From Clostridia bacterium (GTDB lineage: Bacteria; Bacillota; Clostridia; HGM11514), in the NCBI GenBank assembly GCA_045586685.1, contig JAZNAU010000038.1, positions 32,001-96,000 of the forward strand: a DNA stretch of 64,000 nt, given 5' to 3'. The notes beneath the pieces are model-generated. The model had not been told where the DNA came from. It did no database searches and saw nothing but the letters and a program-made list of their open reading frames with translations. This document shows positions 1 through 10,694 of this stretch, in pieces; position 1 is the first letter of the stretch, and every line of letters begins with the position of its first letter. A program made the translations under genes and the position numbers.

Positions 1-231
1 AGCTTTCGTCAGTTGAACAGCGTATTTCCCCGCTGTTGAAATTCCCACCTCTGCCAATTTTTCTCTTGTTCCGTAATGAACAGGATTTCCCAGTTCTTCA
101 CGACTGGTAGCAGAAGATGCAATTTGAAAGGAATCCTCCACCCGTTTCTTTTTCACCATATCTTTTAATACAAACTCAGCCATAGGGCTTCTGCAAATAT
201 TTCCATGGCAAACAAACATTATTTTTATCAT
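1..231 (-). CDS. Low-molecular-weight protein-tyrosine phosphatase (partial, runs off window start)
   Basis: Hand translation MIKIMFVCHGNICRSPMAEFVLKDM contains the CxGNxCRS P-loop; GAGG RBS upstream; not in the ORF track. Confidence 0.9.
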   Translation of the reverse strand, partial: MIKIMFVCHGNICRSPMAEFVLKDMVKKKRVEDSFQIASSATSREELGNPVHYGTREKLAEVGISTAGKYAVQLTKA

Positions 232-242
232 CGTTTCCTCCG

Positions 243-274
243 AAAAAAACCGATGCAGATTTTCCGCATCGGTT
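243..274 (-). terminator. Intrinsic terminator after ilvE
   Basis: AACCGATGC/GCATCGGTT stem followed by a T-run on the minus strand. Confidence 0.75.
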
Positions 275-285
275 GATTGGTTTTC

Positions 286-1311
286 TTATTTAATAACTTT
301 AATCCAGCCTTCCGGTGCCTGTAAACGCCCCATCTGAATACCGGTCAGAGTATCGTACAACTTCTTGGTTACAGGACCCATCTCGGTCATACCGCTGGGC
401 AAACAAATTTCTTTCCCGTGATCCACAATCTTACCAACAGGCGAAATAACAGCTGCAGTTCCGCACAGACCACATTCTGCCATATCATATACTTCTTCTA
501 ATGCGATAGGCCGTTCTTCCACCTCCAGACCTAAATAGTCTTTTGCAACAATCATCAAAGAACGTCTGGTAATAGAAGGCAGGATGCTATCAGATTTAGG
601 TGTCACAATCTTATTATCCTTAGTAACAAAAATAAAGTTTGCACCGCCTGTTTCTTCAACATAAGTATGGGTTGCAGCATCCAGATACATATTTTCATCA
701 AAGCCCTTGTTATGAGCATCCACAATAGCATGCAAGCTCATTGCATAGTTAAGACCTGCTTTTACATGGCCTGTTCCGTTAGGAGCTGCACGGTCAAAAT
801 CACTGACACGGATAGTAAGAGGTTTCACACCGCCTTTAAAATATGGACCAACAGGCGTTGCCAGAATTCTAAACTGAAATTCATCTGCCGGTTTTACACC
901 GATTACAGGATTGGTTCCAAACATAAAGGGACGTAGGTAAAGGGTTGCACCGCTTCCGTAAGGAGGAACAAAATCCTCGTTTGCTTCTACGGTTTTTACT
1001 ACAGCTTCAACAAATTTATCTTCAGGAAAAACTGGCATTTCCAATCTTTTTGCAGATGCCGCCATACGCTCTGCATTCAAGTCAGGGCGAAACACAACAA
1101 TATTCCCCTTTTCCGTTGTATAGGCTTTCAAGCCTTCAAAACAGGTTTGGGCATACTGCAATACACAGGCACATTCATTTAATACAATGTTGTTGTCATC
1201 ACTTAATACGCCTTCATCCCATGCACCGTCTTTAAATTCCGATACATAGCGTTTATCCGTTTTTATATAGCCAAATCCAAGGCTTCCCCAATCAATATCC
1301 TTTTTTGCCAT
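286..1311 (-). CDS. ilvE: Branched-chain amino acid aminotransferase
   Basis: YAQTCFEGLKAY, LYLRP, KAGLNY (PLP Lys), EETGGANF and ILPSITR class IV motifs. Confidence 0.95.
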   Translation of the reverse strand: MAKKDIDWGSLGFGYIKTDKRYVSEFKDGAWDEGVLSDDNNIVLNECACVLQYAQTCFEGLKAYTTEKGNIVVFRPDLNAERMAASAKRLEMPVFPEDKFVEAVVKTVEANEDFVPPYGSGATLYLRPFMFGTNPVIGVKPADEFQFRILATPVGPYFKGGVKPLTIRVSDFDRAAPNGTGHVKAGLNYAMSLHAIVDAHNKGFDENMYLDAATHTYVEETGGANFIFVTKDNKIVTPKSDSILPSITRRSLMIVAKDYLGLEVEERPIALEEVYDMAECGLCGTAAVISPVGKIVDHGKEICLPSGMTEMGPVTKKLYDTLTGIQMGRLQAPEGWIKVIK

Positions 1312-1390
1312 TTTGATTCATCCTCTCTGTAAAACATTTATTTAATTCATTATATCATAAAAAAATTTGAATTACAATAGTTTTTCTGAG

Positions 1391-1430
1391 AAAAAAGAAA
1401 TTCCTGACAGATTCTCTATCAGAAATTCTC
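1391..1430 (-). terminator. Intrinsic terminator after the kinase gene
   Basis: GAGAATTTCTGATAG/CTGTCAGGAATTTC stem with G-U pairs plus T6 on the minus strand. Confidence 0.6.
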
Positions 1431-1431
1431 G

Positions 1432-2466
1432 TTATTTTAAATTCAATTTTCCCATCTGGTCTTTTACAAGTTTGAACTGAGTTCTTGCGCGATCCAAATT
1501 TTGTTCGGGATAGTTTGTTTTAAAATAGATATCCCCATTCAAATAATCAGCCAGAAATCTGATTCCGCATTCATAAGTCATAATGACAATCGACCATGGA
1601 AGTAATTCCTGTTCCTTTGGTGTCACAGTGTCCCCTGCTTCTTCTAAAAAGCCTTTTGTAAATGCCTCGTAAATAGGCATTACAAAATAAATTTTATCCA
1701 AATCCTTTTCATCTTCCGGTCCGCTACTGGCTCCGAATCGGAGAGCATCACCGTAATCATATAACAAAGAGCCGGGCATAACTGTATCCAAATCGATGAC
1801 ACAAATCCCCTCACCCGTATCGTCATCTAACATAATATTATTAAACTTCGTATCATTATGAGTTACTCTTAACGGCACCTCTCCAGACTTTATTGCATCG
1901 GTAATCAAAGAGGCATATTTGCTGATTTCCATTGCAAACTCCAGCTCCGATTGAACAATATCCAATCTGCCTGCGCGGTTATCCAAAACCGCCTGACGTA
2001 ATTGTGCTACTCGTTTGGGAGTATCATGAAACTGCACAATTGTTTCATGCAACTGTTCTACAGGAAAATCAGCAAGACGTTTCTGAAATTTCCCAATTAC
2101 TTTTGCCGCCTGATACATCTGCTGGGAAGATTGCGGAAGATTATATGTAGTTGCTCTATCTACAAAATTGTAAACACGGTAACAATCATTTCCATCCTGC
2201 AAATAATTGTCACCCTCTGTAGTTTTAACGACAGAAAGGGTTTCACGACAAGGATCTCCCCCTTCGGCTAAAATCTTCTTTTTCAAGTGCTCTGTAACTG
2301 CCAGTATGTTTTCCATGACCTGATCAGGTCTTTTAAACACAGTTGTATTGATTCTTTGCAAAATATAATTTCGATTACTTTTTGCAAGATAAGTATCATT
2401 GATATGTCCATCTCCGTAAGACTCTATCTCCACATCAATATCAAACTTTTTTAAAATTTCTTTCAA
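1432..2466 (-). CDS. APH/choline-kinase-fold sugar kinase, N-acetylhexosamine 1-kinase-like
   Basis: GHINDTY, YILQRIN, THNDTKFNN, VIDLDTVMPG and DYLNGDIYFK motifs; start reassigned to the TTG just after the upstream stop (uncertain). Confidence 0.8.
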   Translation of the reverse strand: MKEILKKFDIDVEIESYGDGHINDTYLAKSNRNYILQRINTTVFKRPDQVMENILAVTEHLKKKILAEGGDPCRETLSVVKTTEGDNYLQDGNDCYRVYNFVDRATTYNLPQSSQQMYQAAKVIGKFQKRLADFPVEQLHETIVQFHDTPKRVAQLRQAVLDNRAGRLDIVQSELEFAMEISKYASLITDAIKSGEVPLRVTHNDTKFNNIMLDDDTGEGICVIDLDTVMPGSLLYDYGDALRFGASSGPEDEKDLDKIYFVMPIYEAFTKGFLEEAGDTVTPKEQELLPWSIVIMTYECGIRFLADYLNGDIYFKTNYPEQNLDRARTQFKLVKDQMGKLNLK

Positions 2467-2467
2467 A

Positions 2468-3304
2468 CTATAAGCCAATATACTGGCCTTCTTCCCACAA
2501 TTCCTTGAGTGCCTCCTGTACACCGGGAGTATCCTCCCGATAGGTAACACCATGCCAGCGGTCAGTTGTTACAAACACCTGAACTTCTTCCCCTTTGGAG
2601 ATTTCGTTGTCAATAACAAAGGGCAGATACAACTCCTGTTTCAAGGGATTGGTCAGATTTTGGGTAAATGCATAGAATTCCCGCTCCAGCACATCAAAAA
2701 ACTCAGGCTTTAACCCCCAAAAGTTCATAGATACAATCGTATCTTCCGAAAGACCGCTGTTTTTATCCAAATCAGTATGCTCTGTTACATTAAGCAGACG
2801 ACCATTTTCGGTTTTACAAACTCCGCGGCATACCGTTCCGTTTTCAGTCAAGGTGTTTCCCAACAAATAACCCGCCATACAACTTCCACCGCCGTTTTTC
2901 AAATGGTTGGCAACTAATTCATAGGCTTTTTTTCCATAAAAATCATCCGCATTGATGGCAGCAAAGGGGGTTTTTACTTTCTCTTTTGCACAAAGCACTG
3001 CGTGTGCCGTTCCCCAAGGCTTGGTTCTTCCTTCCGGAAATGCACCTTTCAGATAAGAATCAGGCTTTTGAAATGCATAATCCACATCCATAAATCGACG
3101 TGCTCTTTTGCCGACAGTATTGTCAAAATCCTCAAGCATTTCTTCTTTAATGACAAAAACCACTTTGTTGAATCCTGCTTTTGCTGCATCATAAACAGAA
3201 AAATCCAAAATAGCTTGACCGTCCGGTCCCATCGGTGCCATCTGCTTGAGGCCACCAAAACGACTGCCCATTCCGGCTGCCATTACAAGTAATATCAAGT
3301 CCAT
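2468..3304 (-). CDS. Sugar-phosphate nucleotidyltransferase (NTP_transferase family)
   Basis: MAAGMGSRFGGLKQ, KPWGTAHA and INADDFYG motifs; GAGGAGG RBS before the ATG at 3304. Confidence 0.85.
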   Translation of the reverse strand: MDLILLVMAAGMGSRFGGLKQMAPMGPDGQAILDFSVYDAAKAGFNKVVFVIKEEMLEDFDNTVGKRARRFMDVDYAFQKPDSYLKGAFPEGRTKPWGTAHAVLCAKEKVKTPFAAINADDFYGKKAYELVANHLKNGGGSCMAGYLLGNTLTENGTVCRGVCKTENGRLLNVTEHTDLDKNSGLSEDTIVSMNFWGLKPEFFDVLEREFYAFTQNLTNPLKQELYLPFVIDNEISKGEEVQVFVTTDRWHGVTYREDTPGVQEALKELWEEGQYIGL

Positions 3305-3348
3305 ACAAATCCTCCTCATTAAGGTAGTACCAATATATAAAAACACAC

Positions 3349-3379
3349 CAAAAGAACGCTCTTTAAAGCGTTCTTTTGT
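3349..3379 (-). terminator. Terminator hairpin after the rsmD-coaD operon
   Basis: CAAAAGAACGCT/AGCGTTCTTTTG inverted repeat. Confidence 0.7.
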
Positions 3380-3403
3380 TATTCATAAAAAATTATGATC
3401 CAA

Positions 3404-3916
3404 TTAGTTTTGAGGAATGGAAAGTTCTCTGCGGTTATCTTCAATCAAATCGAGCGCATCGTTAATGTTGCTCAAAGAAGCCTTTGCATCACTCAATGAT
3501 TTATTTAACACTTCCTGACTGTCAATAATCACTTCTTCAACCTTCGCAAGCAAACCGTCGGAATATTGAATAATACTTTCGCGAATTTCACGGGCATTTT
3601 CCTGAGCCTGATCCACAATTTCTTCAGCTTTTTGCTGAGCCTGAACAACAACAGTCTCTTCCATTACCATTTCTTCAGCCTTTGCTTTTGCATCGGCGAT
3701 AATTCGATCTGCCTCATTTTGAGCCTCATGCAAAATATGTTGACGTTCTTCCTTGACCCATCTTGCCTGTTTTAAATCTTCAGGCAGGTTCAAGCGGATT
3801 TCTTCAATCAAATCCAACAATTCTTCCTTGTCCATTAAACTTTTTCCGGACAGCGGAATTGATGCACCCTTTTCCACAGTTTCTTCCAATACATCAATCA
3901 ATTCTAATAAATCCAT
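3404..3916 (-). CDS. Coiled-coil protein of the DivIVA/SepIVA-like family found after coaD
   Basis: E/A/Q-rich heptads and an IPLSGK...LPEDLKQA N-terminus; rsmD-coaD-X synteny. Confidence 0.6.
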   Translation of the reverse strand: MDLLELIDVLEETVEKGASIPLSGKSLMDKEELLDLIEEIRLNLPEDLKQARWVKEERQHILHEAQNEADRIIADAKAKAEEMVMEETVVVQAQQKAEEIVDQAQENAREIRESIIQYSDGLLAKVEEVIIDSQEVLNKSLSDAKASLSNINDALDLIEDNRRELSIPQN

Positions 3917-3921
3917 TTCTT

Positions 3922-4413
3922 TTATTCCCCTTTCGGTTTCATTAGCTTTTTGTAAATTAACGGTATAATTTTTTCGGGCACCATACCTTCCAGCTTACCG
4001 CCATGATAAGCCAGTTCCCGCACAATGCTTGAACTTAAAAATGAATAATCAGTGCTTGTCATCATAAATAATGTCTCAATTTCAGGATTTTGCTTACGAT
4101 TGGCCATTGCCATCTGAAGTTCATATTCAAAATCAGATACCGCACGCAAACCCTTAATAATTGTCTGAGCCTTTTTTAATGTTGTGTAATCAACCAAAAG
4201 TCCGTCAAAGGTATCGATTTCAACGTTTTTCAAATGCTCTGTCGAAACCTTAAGCATATCCAGCTTTTCGTTAACGGAAAAAGCGGGATGCTTGGTACTG
4301 TTATGCAGAACTGCAACAATCACACGGTCAAAGATTTTTGCAGAACGTTCAATAATATCAAGATGACCGTTTGTAACCGGATCAAAGCTTCCGGGATATA
4401 CAGCAATTTTCAT
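3922..4413 (-). CDS. coaD: Phosphopantetheine adenylyltransferase
   Basis: [23 protein letters not shown] and LSSSIVRE motifs. Confidence 0.97.
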   Translation of the reverse strand: MKIAVYPGSFDPVTNGHLDIIERSAKIFDRVIVAVLHNSTKHPAFSVNEKLDMLKVSTEHLKNVEIDTFDGLLVDYTTLKKAQTIIKGLRAVSDFEYELQMAMANRKQNPEIETLFMMTSTDYSFLSSSIVRELAYHGGKLEGMVPEKIIPLIYKKLMKPKGE

Positions 4414-4414
4414 C

Positions 4415-4954
4415 TTACTCTCTCCTCTGATAAATAAGCACACCTATGCTGCCATAGTAATTTTGCCGATACAGAGAAAATGCTTCGTTATGAACAGGTT
4501 CTGTTTTTTTGTCACATTCATAAATCAAGAATCCGCCTGGCTCAATGCTTTCAGCACAAAGCTGAAGCAAACGAGGCAATATTTTCATTGCATAAGGAGG
4601 ATCAGCAAAAATCAACGTATACTGTTTTCTGTTTTGCTTACAAAATCCTTCCCAATCAATCTTTTTTAATAAAGCTCGTTCTTTCAGATGCGTATGTTCC
4701 AAATTTTCTTCTGCTACTTTCAATGACCGTGGAGACCCATCAACAAATGTTGCATGAATTGCCCCTCTTGACAAGGCTTCTATTCCCAATGCACCGGAAC
4801 CGCAGAACAAATCAAGCACTGTAGCGCCTGATATTGAAAACTGAATCATATTAAACATGGCTCCCTTTACTTTATCAGTAGTGGGACGAACCAAGTCCGT
4901 TCCAAAAACAGTTTTCAATTTTGTTCCCCGTGCTGTGCCGGAAATGACTCTCAC
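4415..4954 (-). CDS. rsmD: 16S rRNA m2G966 methyltransferase
   Basis: [32 protein letters not shown] and DPPY motifs. Confidence 0.95.
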   Translation of the reverse strand: MRVISGTARGTKLKTVFGTDLVRPTTDKVKGAMFNMIQFSISGATVLDLFCGSGALGIEALSRGAIHATFVDGSPRSLKVAEENLEHTHLKERALLKKIDWEGFCKQNRKQYTLIFADPPYAMKILPRLLQLCAESIEPGGFLIYECDKKTEPVHNEAFSLYRQNYYGSIGVLIYQRRE

Positions 4955-5093
4955 ACAAAATCCCCCGCAATTTTACTCTATATTACTATTTTACAATATA
5001 TCAGAATTTTGTCAATAGTATTTTGAAAATTTATTAGAAAAAATTATTTCTTTTTTATTGCATTTTTTGAACAAAAATTACATATTGATTGCT

Positions 5094-5687
5094 TTAGTGA
5101 GTCAAGTCTGTCGGTAAAAAAGTATTTTCACATCGAAACAATCCCTTTTCCGTCACTAATGCATTCATTTTTATATCATGGGATTCGGAAGGAATATGTT
5201 CGTAAACCTGAAATTCAAAACAAAACCCTATCAAATCTGCCGAAGAATCCTTCAAAAGTCTGTCATAACAGCCTTTTCCGAAGCCCACTCTGTTGCCTGC
5301 TTTATCAAACGCAATTCCGGGAACAAGAATCACATCTGTTTTTGACATATCTGCCATCTGTGTTCCCAACGGCTCTGACACGGAAAATGCTCCTTTTAAA
5401 AACTTTGTATCGGGCAAAGCATAAAACGGAGTAATTTCGCCGCTTTTTTCATCTGTTACAGGAAAAACCACCGTCTTTCCGTCACGAAATGCAGCCTTAA
5501 CAATAACAGATGTATCTGTTTCGTTTCCTAAAGGCATATAAAGCATAAGCTGTTTACTGTTTTTATAGTAATTACTTGCCAAAAAAAAGTTTGCCGCAAC
5601 AGTGCTTTTTTGTATCACATCTTCTTTTTTCATGGCAGAACGCATTTTTTTTGTTTGTTTTCGAATTTCACTTTTCATCTTCATCAC
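5094..5687 (-). CDS. 5-formyltetrahydrofolate cyclo-ligase
   Basis: VPGIAFD...GNRVGFGKGCYDR and HDI motifs. Confidence 0.92.
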   Translation of the reverse strand: MMKMKSEIRKQTKKMRSAMKKEDVIQKSTVAANFFLASNYYKNSKQLMLYMPLGNETDTSVIVKAAFRDGKTVVFPVTDEKSGEITPFYALPDTKFLKGAFSVSEPLGTQMADMSKTDVILVPGIAFDKAGNRVGFGKGCYDRLLKDSSADLIGFCFEFQVYEHIPSESHDIKMNALVTEKGLFRCENTFLPTDLTH

Positions 5688-6857
5688 TTAAATATACAAT
5701 GTATCAATTTGCATCACTACTCTGTAACGCTCATCCGTTTGTTGAATCAACCGTGAAACTTCCGCTATCGTTTCCTTTTTCTTCTGTTCGTCAAAGGTAT
5801 AGGGAACCACCAAATCAAAAATCAGATTTACACGGTTTTCGCCATCTGTAATTCTAAAATCGTGAATAGAAAACCGGGGATCGATTCCCTTACAAATTCC
5901 TTCTGTCATTTCCCGAAGCTGATTGGTTCTCACACAATTAACTAAAATCGGGTCCATGTGAATGACCAGTATAATTCCTAATTCACTGTTTGCTAACTGT
6001 TCCAATGAGTCAATTTCCTCATGCACCACAATCATATCCGCATCGCTGGGGACCTCCGCATGGACGGATGCCATAACCCGACCGGGTCCGTAATTATGCA
6101 CAATCAAATCATGCATTCCCACAATGTATTTCCCTGACATCACAATTTCACTCAAACGTTCTACCGTTTCCTTTTCAGGTGCGGTTCCCAACAACAAACT
6201 AATGGTATCACGGGCAACTTCATACCCCGACCGGAGAATCAAAGCCGACACTGCTACGCCCACATATCCGTCAATGGAAAAGGGTAAAAAATAACCAATT
6301 ATTGTAGAAACAATAACCGCTCCGGTGGAAATTACATCATTCAAGCTATCCCGTGCTGTTGCAAGAAGCAAGCTTGACTGAATCTTTTTTCCAAGGTAAC
6401 GATTATAGGAATACATCCACACCTTTACCAACATGGATGCCGCTAAAATAACAATGGCCACAGGATAAAAGGAAACCGCTTCCGGATGAATGATTTTTCC
6501 AACCGAGCTTTTCAACAGTTCCACCCCTACCATCAAAATCAAAAAGGAAACAATCAGCGAGGCGATATACTCCACTCTGCCGTGTCCAAAAGGGTGCTCG
6601 GGGTCAGGCCGTTTGTTGCTCATTTTAGCACCAATCACAGAAACCACCGAGGAACCAACGTCAGATAAATTATTAAACCCGTCTGACAAAATGGAGATAC
6701 TGTTCATCAAAAGTCCCGTTGTCAGTTTTAAGAGAAACAAAAAGAAATTGCACAGAATCCCTACCGTACCGCTTAACACACTGTACCGTTCCCGTACTTT
6801 TTCGTCTGATACATTTTCATAATCAAATACAAATTTCTTCAGCAAAAAACGAATCAA
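5688..6857 (-). CDS. Cation diffusion facilitator (FieF-like) transporter
   Basis: Six TM segments, HPFGHGRVEY, C-terminal dimerisation domain (HDL...IHMDP). Confidence 0.9.
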   Translation of the reverse strand: MIRFLLKKFVFDYENVSDEKVRERYSVLSGTVGILCNFFLFLLKLTTGLLMNSISILSDGFNNLSDVGSSVVSVIGAKMSNKRPDPEHPFGHGRVEYIASLIVSFLILMVGVELLKSSVGKIIHPEAVSFYPVAIVILAASMLVKVWMYSYNRYLGKKIQSSLLLATARDSLNDVISTGAVIVSTIIGYFLPFSIDGYVGVAVSALILRSGYEVARDTISLLLGTAPEKETVERLSEIVMSGKYIVGMHDLIVHNYGPGRVMASVHAEVPSDADMIVVHEEIDSLEQLANSELGIILVIHMDPILVNCVRTNQLREMTEGICKGIDPRFSIHDFRITDGENRVNLIFDLVVPYTFDEQKKKETIAEVSRLIQQTDERYRVVMQIDTLYI

Positions 6858-6913
6858 AAAAATGCCTCCATTTCGATCAGGACATAATTACTTTTTATAA
6901 AAACTTATACAAA

Positions 6914-6946
6914 ACAGGCAGTCTCAACAAGGTAAGACTGCCTGAT
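6914..6946 (-). terminator. Terminator after ireB
   Basis: CAGGCAGTCT/AGACTGCCTG stem plus T-run on the minus strand. Confidence 0.65.
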
Positions 6947-6951
6947 ATTTA

Positions 6952-7203
6952 TTATCTTCCCAGATAACTTTTGAGAAGCTCTTCCAACAGTTCATCCCGC
7001 TCCAGACGGCGAATCATACCGCGGGCATTGTTGTGACTGGTAATATAGGTAGGATCACCTGAAAGAATGTATCCAACCATTTGATCAATGGGATTATATC
7101 CCTTTTCCGTCAATGCCTGATATACTGCATGAATAATCTGGCTGGTCTCCCCTGCTCTGTCGTTCTCAAATTTGAATTTCATTGTTCCATCTGTCATGAT
7201 CAC
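6952..7203 (-). CDS. ireB: IreB/ReoM family regulatory phosphoprotein (UPF0297)
   Basis: [35 protein letters not shown] signature. Confidence 0.92.
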   Translation of the reverse strand: MIMTDGTMKFKFENDRAGETSQIIHAVYQALTEKGYNPIDQMVGYILSGDPTYITSHNNARGMIRRLERDELLEELLKSYLGR

Positions 7204-7274
7204 TCACCCTCACTTTCAAAAAAATCCGCTTATATATAGCATATAACAAATTCGGAAAAAATGCAAGTGTTTTT

Positions 7275-9641
7275 TTAATTTTTTCTTAATTCAACATGCA
7301 GTTTTTCTTCCAGACGGGTTAAAATTTTATCCATTACCCCGTTTACTTCCTGCTCTTCCAAGGTTTTGTTGGCATCACGGAATACAACAGAGTATGCAAC
7401 ACTCTTCTTTCCTTGGGGAATCTGCTTTCCTTTGTAGATATCAAACAGCTTGATTTCTTCAATCAATGCCTTACCGCACTGACGAATGATTTCTTCAATA
7501 CTGCCCACTTCAACCTCATCATCACAAAGCATTGCCAAATCTCTGGTTACTGCAGGGAATTTAGGCAGTGCATGGTAAGTTTTTTCAGGTTTCATGTGTT
7601 CTAACAGCAAGGTAAAGTCGATACTTGCCATCAGCACCTCCCTGTCTAACTCATAGTTGTTGCAAACCGCAGGGTGCACTGCTCCAAACACACCCGCACT
7701 GACACCCCCTACAATCAATTCTGCTGTTTTTCCGGGGTGGAAGGTAGGATCGTCCTTCTTCGCTTGCACCTTATATTTGGCAATATTCAGGGTTTCCATC
7801 AACTGTTCTACTACACCCTTCAAATCATAAAAATCTACATTGCCATACATTCCAATCGTCACAAACTCCCGTTCCTCCGGAAGCTCTGTTACAGGCAAAG
7901 CTTTGGGATAATAAACCGCCCCCAGTTCAAACAACCCTACATTTTGATTCCGATGGCTGTTATTTAAGGACAGTGCTTTTAACATTTCATTATAGTGTTG
8001 AGTTCTCATGACGCTCTGTTCTTCCCCTAAGGGATTCAAAATAGTCACACATTCCCGTAGGTTTGAACTGCTGGGGATATTCAGCTTGTCAAAAGATTTG
8101 GGGTCAGTAAAGGAATAGGTATAAATTTCATACAAACCTCTCGCGGTTAACGCTTTTTTCACCGCATCCTCGGTTGCTTGTTTCAAGGTTTTTCCACCCG
8201 CAACCGATTCTCCCTTCATGAGGGTAGAGACAATTTTATCATAACCGTAGAATCTGGCAATTTCCTCTGCCAAATCTGCTTCCGTTTCCAAATCTTTGCG
8301 AAAAGTGGGAGGATACACTTGACCTTCCTTCACCTCACACTCCAACCGTTCTAAAATACGAATCATTTCACTTTCTGCAATGTCCGTCCCTAAAAAGGCG
8401 TTAATTTTTTCAGGACGAAGTGTAATTTCTGTTCTCTCAGGCAATGTACCGCAAACATCAATCACACCGCCTACCACTTCCCCGGCGCCCAGCTCACATA
8501 TCAGCTGGCAGGCACGATTCACCGCATCTAACGTAACGTTGGCATCCAGTTCCTTTTCAAAGCGGGCAGAACTTTCCGTTCTCATTCCCAAAGCCTTGGC
8601 AGTAGAACGAATGGATGCACCGCTAAAGTTGGCACTTTCAAACACGATTGTTTTCGTTGTTTCTTGAATTTCACTATTCTGCCCGCCCATGACACCCGCA
8701 ACCGCTACAGGTCTTTGAGCATCACAAATCACCAGCATATCAGGTGTCAGACTCCGTGTTACATCATCTAATGTAACAATAGTTTCTCCATTTCTCGCAT
8801 TACGGACACAAATGCTGTTACCTTTCAGAAAATCAATATCAAATGCGTGCATAGGCTGACCATATTCCAACATAACATAATTGGTAATATCCACAATATT
8901 GTTAATGGCACGCACTCCGCATCCTTCCAGCCGTTTCTGCATCCACATAGGAGAGGGCTCAATCTTAATATTCTTCACCACACGGGCAGTATAACGCGGG
9001 CAAAGTTCAGGTGCTTCCACGCTTACAGAAATAAAATCTTCAATTTTTTCACTGTTTTCTTCTACAGTCACTTTCGGAACAGAAAACTCCTCATTTAAGG
9101 TAATGGCAGATTCCCGTGCCAAACCAATGATACTCAGGCAATCAGGACGGTTGGAGGTAATATCAAAATCGACAATCACCTCATCTAACCCTAAGGTCTT
9201 TTTAATATCTTCGCCAAGGGGGGGCTCACCATCTAAAATCAGAATTCCCGTTGCAACACCTTCTGTCATGCCAAGCTCATCTGTAGAGCACAACATCCCT
9301 TCGGACACAACCCCTCGCAACTTACCTTTTTTAATGACTGTTCCGTCAGGCAAATGAGAACCATGCAGAGCAACAGGCACAAAAGCACCTTCAAACACAT
9401 TTTTGGCTCCCGTTACAATCTGAATGGTTTCTCCTACATTCACTTGACAAACCACCAATTTATCCGCATCAGGATGTTTCTCAATTTTCTCAATTTTTCC
9501 TACAACAACCTTTTCAATTCCTTCCCCTACCATTTCAAAGGCATCTACCTTGGAACCTGACAAGGTCATGGCATCACAATATTCTTTGGGTGTTACCCCT
9601 ACTTTTGTATAATCATTCAACCAACTCATTGGCATTTTCAT
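7275..9641 (-). CDS. pheT: Phenylalanyl-tRNA synthetase beta subunit
   Basis: 788 aa; HPDADKL, NRPDCLS, B3/4 domain, C-terminal FDX-ACB; downstream of pheS. Confidence 0.98.
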   Translation of the reverse strand: MKMPMSWLNDYTKVGVTPKEYCDAMTLSGSKVDAFEMVGEGIEKVVVGKIEKIEKHPDADKLVVCQVNVGETIQIVTGAKNVFEGAFVPVALHGSHLPDGTVIKKGKLRGVVSEGMLCSTDELGMTEGVATGILILDGEPPLGEDIKKTLGLDEVIVDFDITSNRPDCLSIIGLARESAITLNEEFSVPKVTVEENSEKIEDFISVSVEAPELCPRYTARVVKNIKIEPSPMWMQKRLEGCGVRAINNIVDITNYVMLEYGQPMHAFDIDFLKGNSICVRNARNGETIVTLDDVTRSLTPDMLVICDAQRPVAVAGVMGGQNSEIQETTKTIVFESANFSGASIRSTAKALGMRTESSARFEKELDANVTLDAVNRACQLICELGAGEVVGGVIDVCGTLPERTEITLRPEKINAFLGTDIAESEMIRILERLECEVKEGQVYPPTFRKDLETEADLAEEIARFYGYDKIVSTLMKGESVAGGKTLKQATEDAVKKALTARGLYEIYTYSFTDPKSFDKLNIPSSSNLRECVTILNPLGEEQSVMRTQHYNEMLKALSLNNSHRNQNVGLFELGAVYYPKALPVTELPEEREFVTIGMYGNVDFYDLKGVVEQLMETLNIAKYKVQAKKDDPTFHPGKTAELIVGGVSAGVFGAVHPAVCNNYELDREVLMASIDFTLLLEHMKPEKTYHALPKFPAVTRDLAMLCDDEVEVGSIEEIIRQCGKALIEEIKLFDIYKGKQIPQGKKSVAYSVVFRDANKTLEEQEVNGVMDKILTRLEEKLHVELRKN

Positions 9642-9655
9642 GGCTATCCCCTCCT

Positions 9656-10675
9656 TTAAAACTGCTTTAAAAACCGTACATCGTTTTCGAAGAACAAACG
9701 CAAATCGTCAATATCATATCGACGCATTACAATCCGTTCCAAACCGATACCAAAGGCAAAACCGCTGTAAACTTCCGGATCAATTCCACAGTTTTTCAGC
9801 ACTTTTGGATGCACCATACCACAACCTAAAATCTCAATCCATCCTTCGCCTTTACAAACGCGGCAACCTTCTCCACCGCATACAAAACAGGAAATATCCA
9901 TTTCTGCAGAAGGCTCTGTAAAGGGAAAATGATGAGGACGGAACCGCACCTTTACTTCCTCTCCGTACAGTTTCTTTACAAACACTTCCAGAGTACCTTT
10001 CAAATCTCCCATGGTGATTCCCTTATCCACCACCAAACCTTCAATCTGGTGAAAAACAGGAGAGTGGGTTGCATCTACCGCATCAGAACGGAACACTCTT
10101 CCCGGTGCAATAATACGGATGGGTGGCTGTTGCTTTTCCATCACACGCACCTGCATGGGTGAGGTCTGGGTTCTTAACACAATGTTATCGTTGATATAAA
10201 AGGTATCCTGGGTATCGCGGGCAGGATGATTTTTAGGAAGGTTCAACGCCTCAAAGTTATAATAATCATATTCCACCTCAGGACCTTCTGCAATAGAAAA
10301 GCCCATACCGATAAAAATATCCTTCAATTCATCTAAAACAGTTGTCAAAGGATGCGTTTTTCCAACAGGCCATTTTTTCCCTGGTACGGTAACATCCAGT
10401 GTTTCATTGCTTAACTTCTTTTCCAATTCTGCTTGTTGAAGCTTATTTTTTGTCTTATCCAGTTCCTCCTCAATAAAAGAACGAACCTGATTGGCTAACT
10501 GACCAATAAGCGGACGCTCTTCTGCAGAAAGCTGCCCCATACCTCTCAAAACAGAAGTAAGCTCACCTTTTTTTCCAAGATATTTCACCCTGATTTCTTC
10601 CAGACCGGCAATGGAATCTATGGTTTTCAAACTTTGTTCTGCCGATTGTCTGATTTGTTCTAATTGCTGTTTCAC
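9656..10675 (-). CDS. pheS: Phenylalanyl-tRNA synthetase alpha subunit
   Basis: [18 protein letters not shown] and [10 protein letters not shown] motifs; GTG start at 10675 after AAAGGGG. Confidence 0.98.
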   Translation of the reverse strand: MKQQLEQIRQSAEQSLKTIDSIAGLEEIRVKYLGKKGELTSVLRGMGQLSAEERPLIGQLANQVRSFIEEELDKTKNKLQQAELEKKLSNETLDVTVPGKKWPVGKTHPLTTVLDELKDIFIGMGFSIAEGPEVEYDYYNFEALNLPKNHPARDTQDTFYINDNIVLRTQTSPMQVRVMEKQQPPIRIIAPGRVFRSDAVDATHSPVFHQIEGLVVDKGITMGDLKGTLEVFVKKLYGEEVKVRFRPHHFPFTEPSAEMDISCFVCGGEGCRVCKGEGWIEILGCGMVHPKVLKNCGIDPEVYSGFAFGIGLERIVMRRYDIDDLRLFFENDVRFLKQF

Positions 10676-10694
10676 AAAAACTACCCCTTTCGGT

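Noticed and set aside
5094-5700. 6S RNA upstream of 5-formyl-THF cyclo-ligase
   Set aside because: The gene abuts the CDF stop codon, leaving no room
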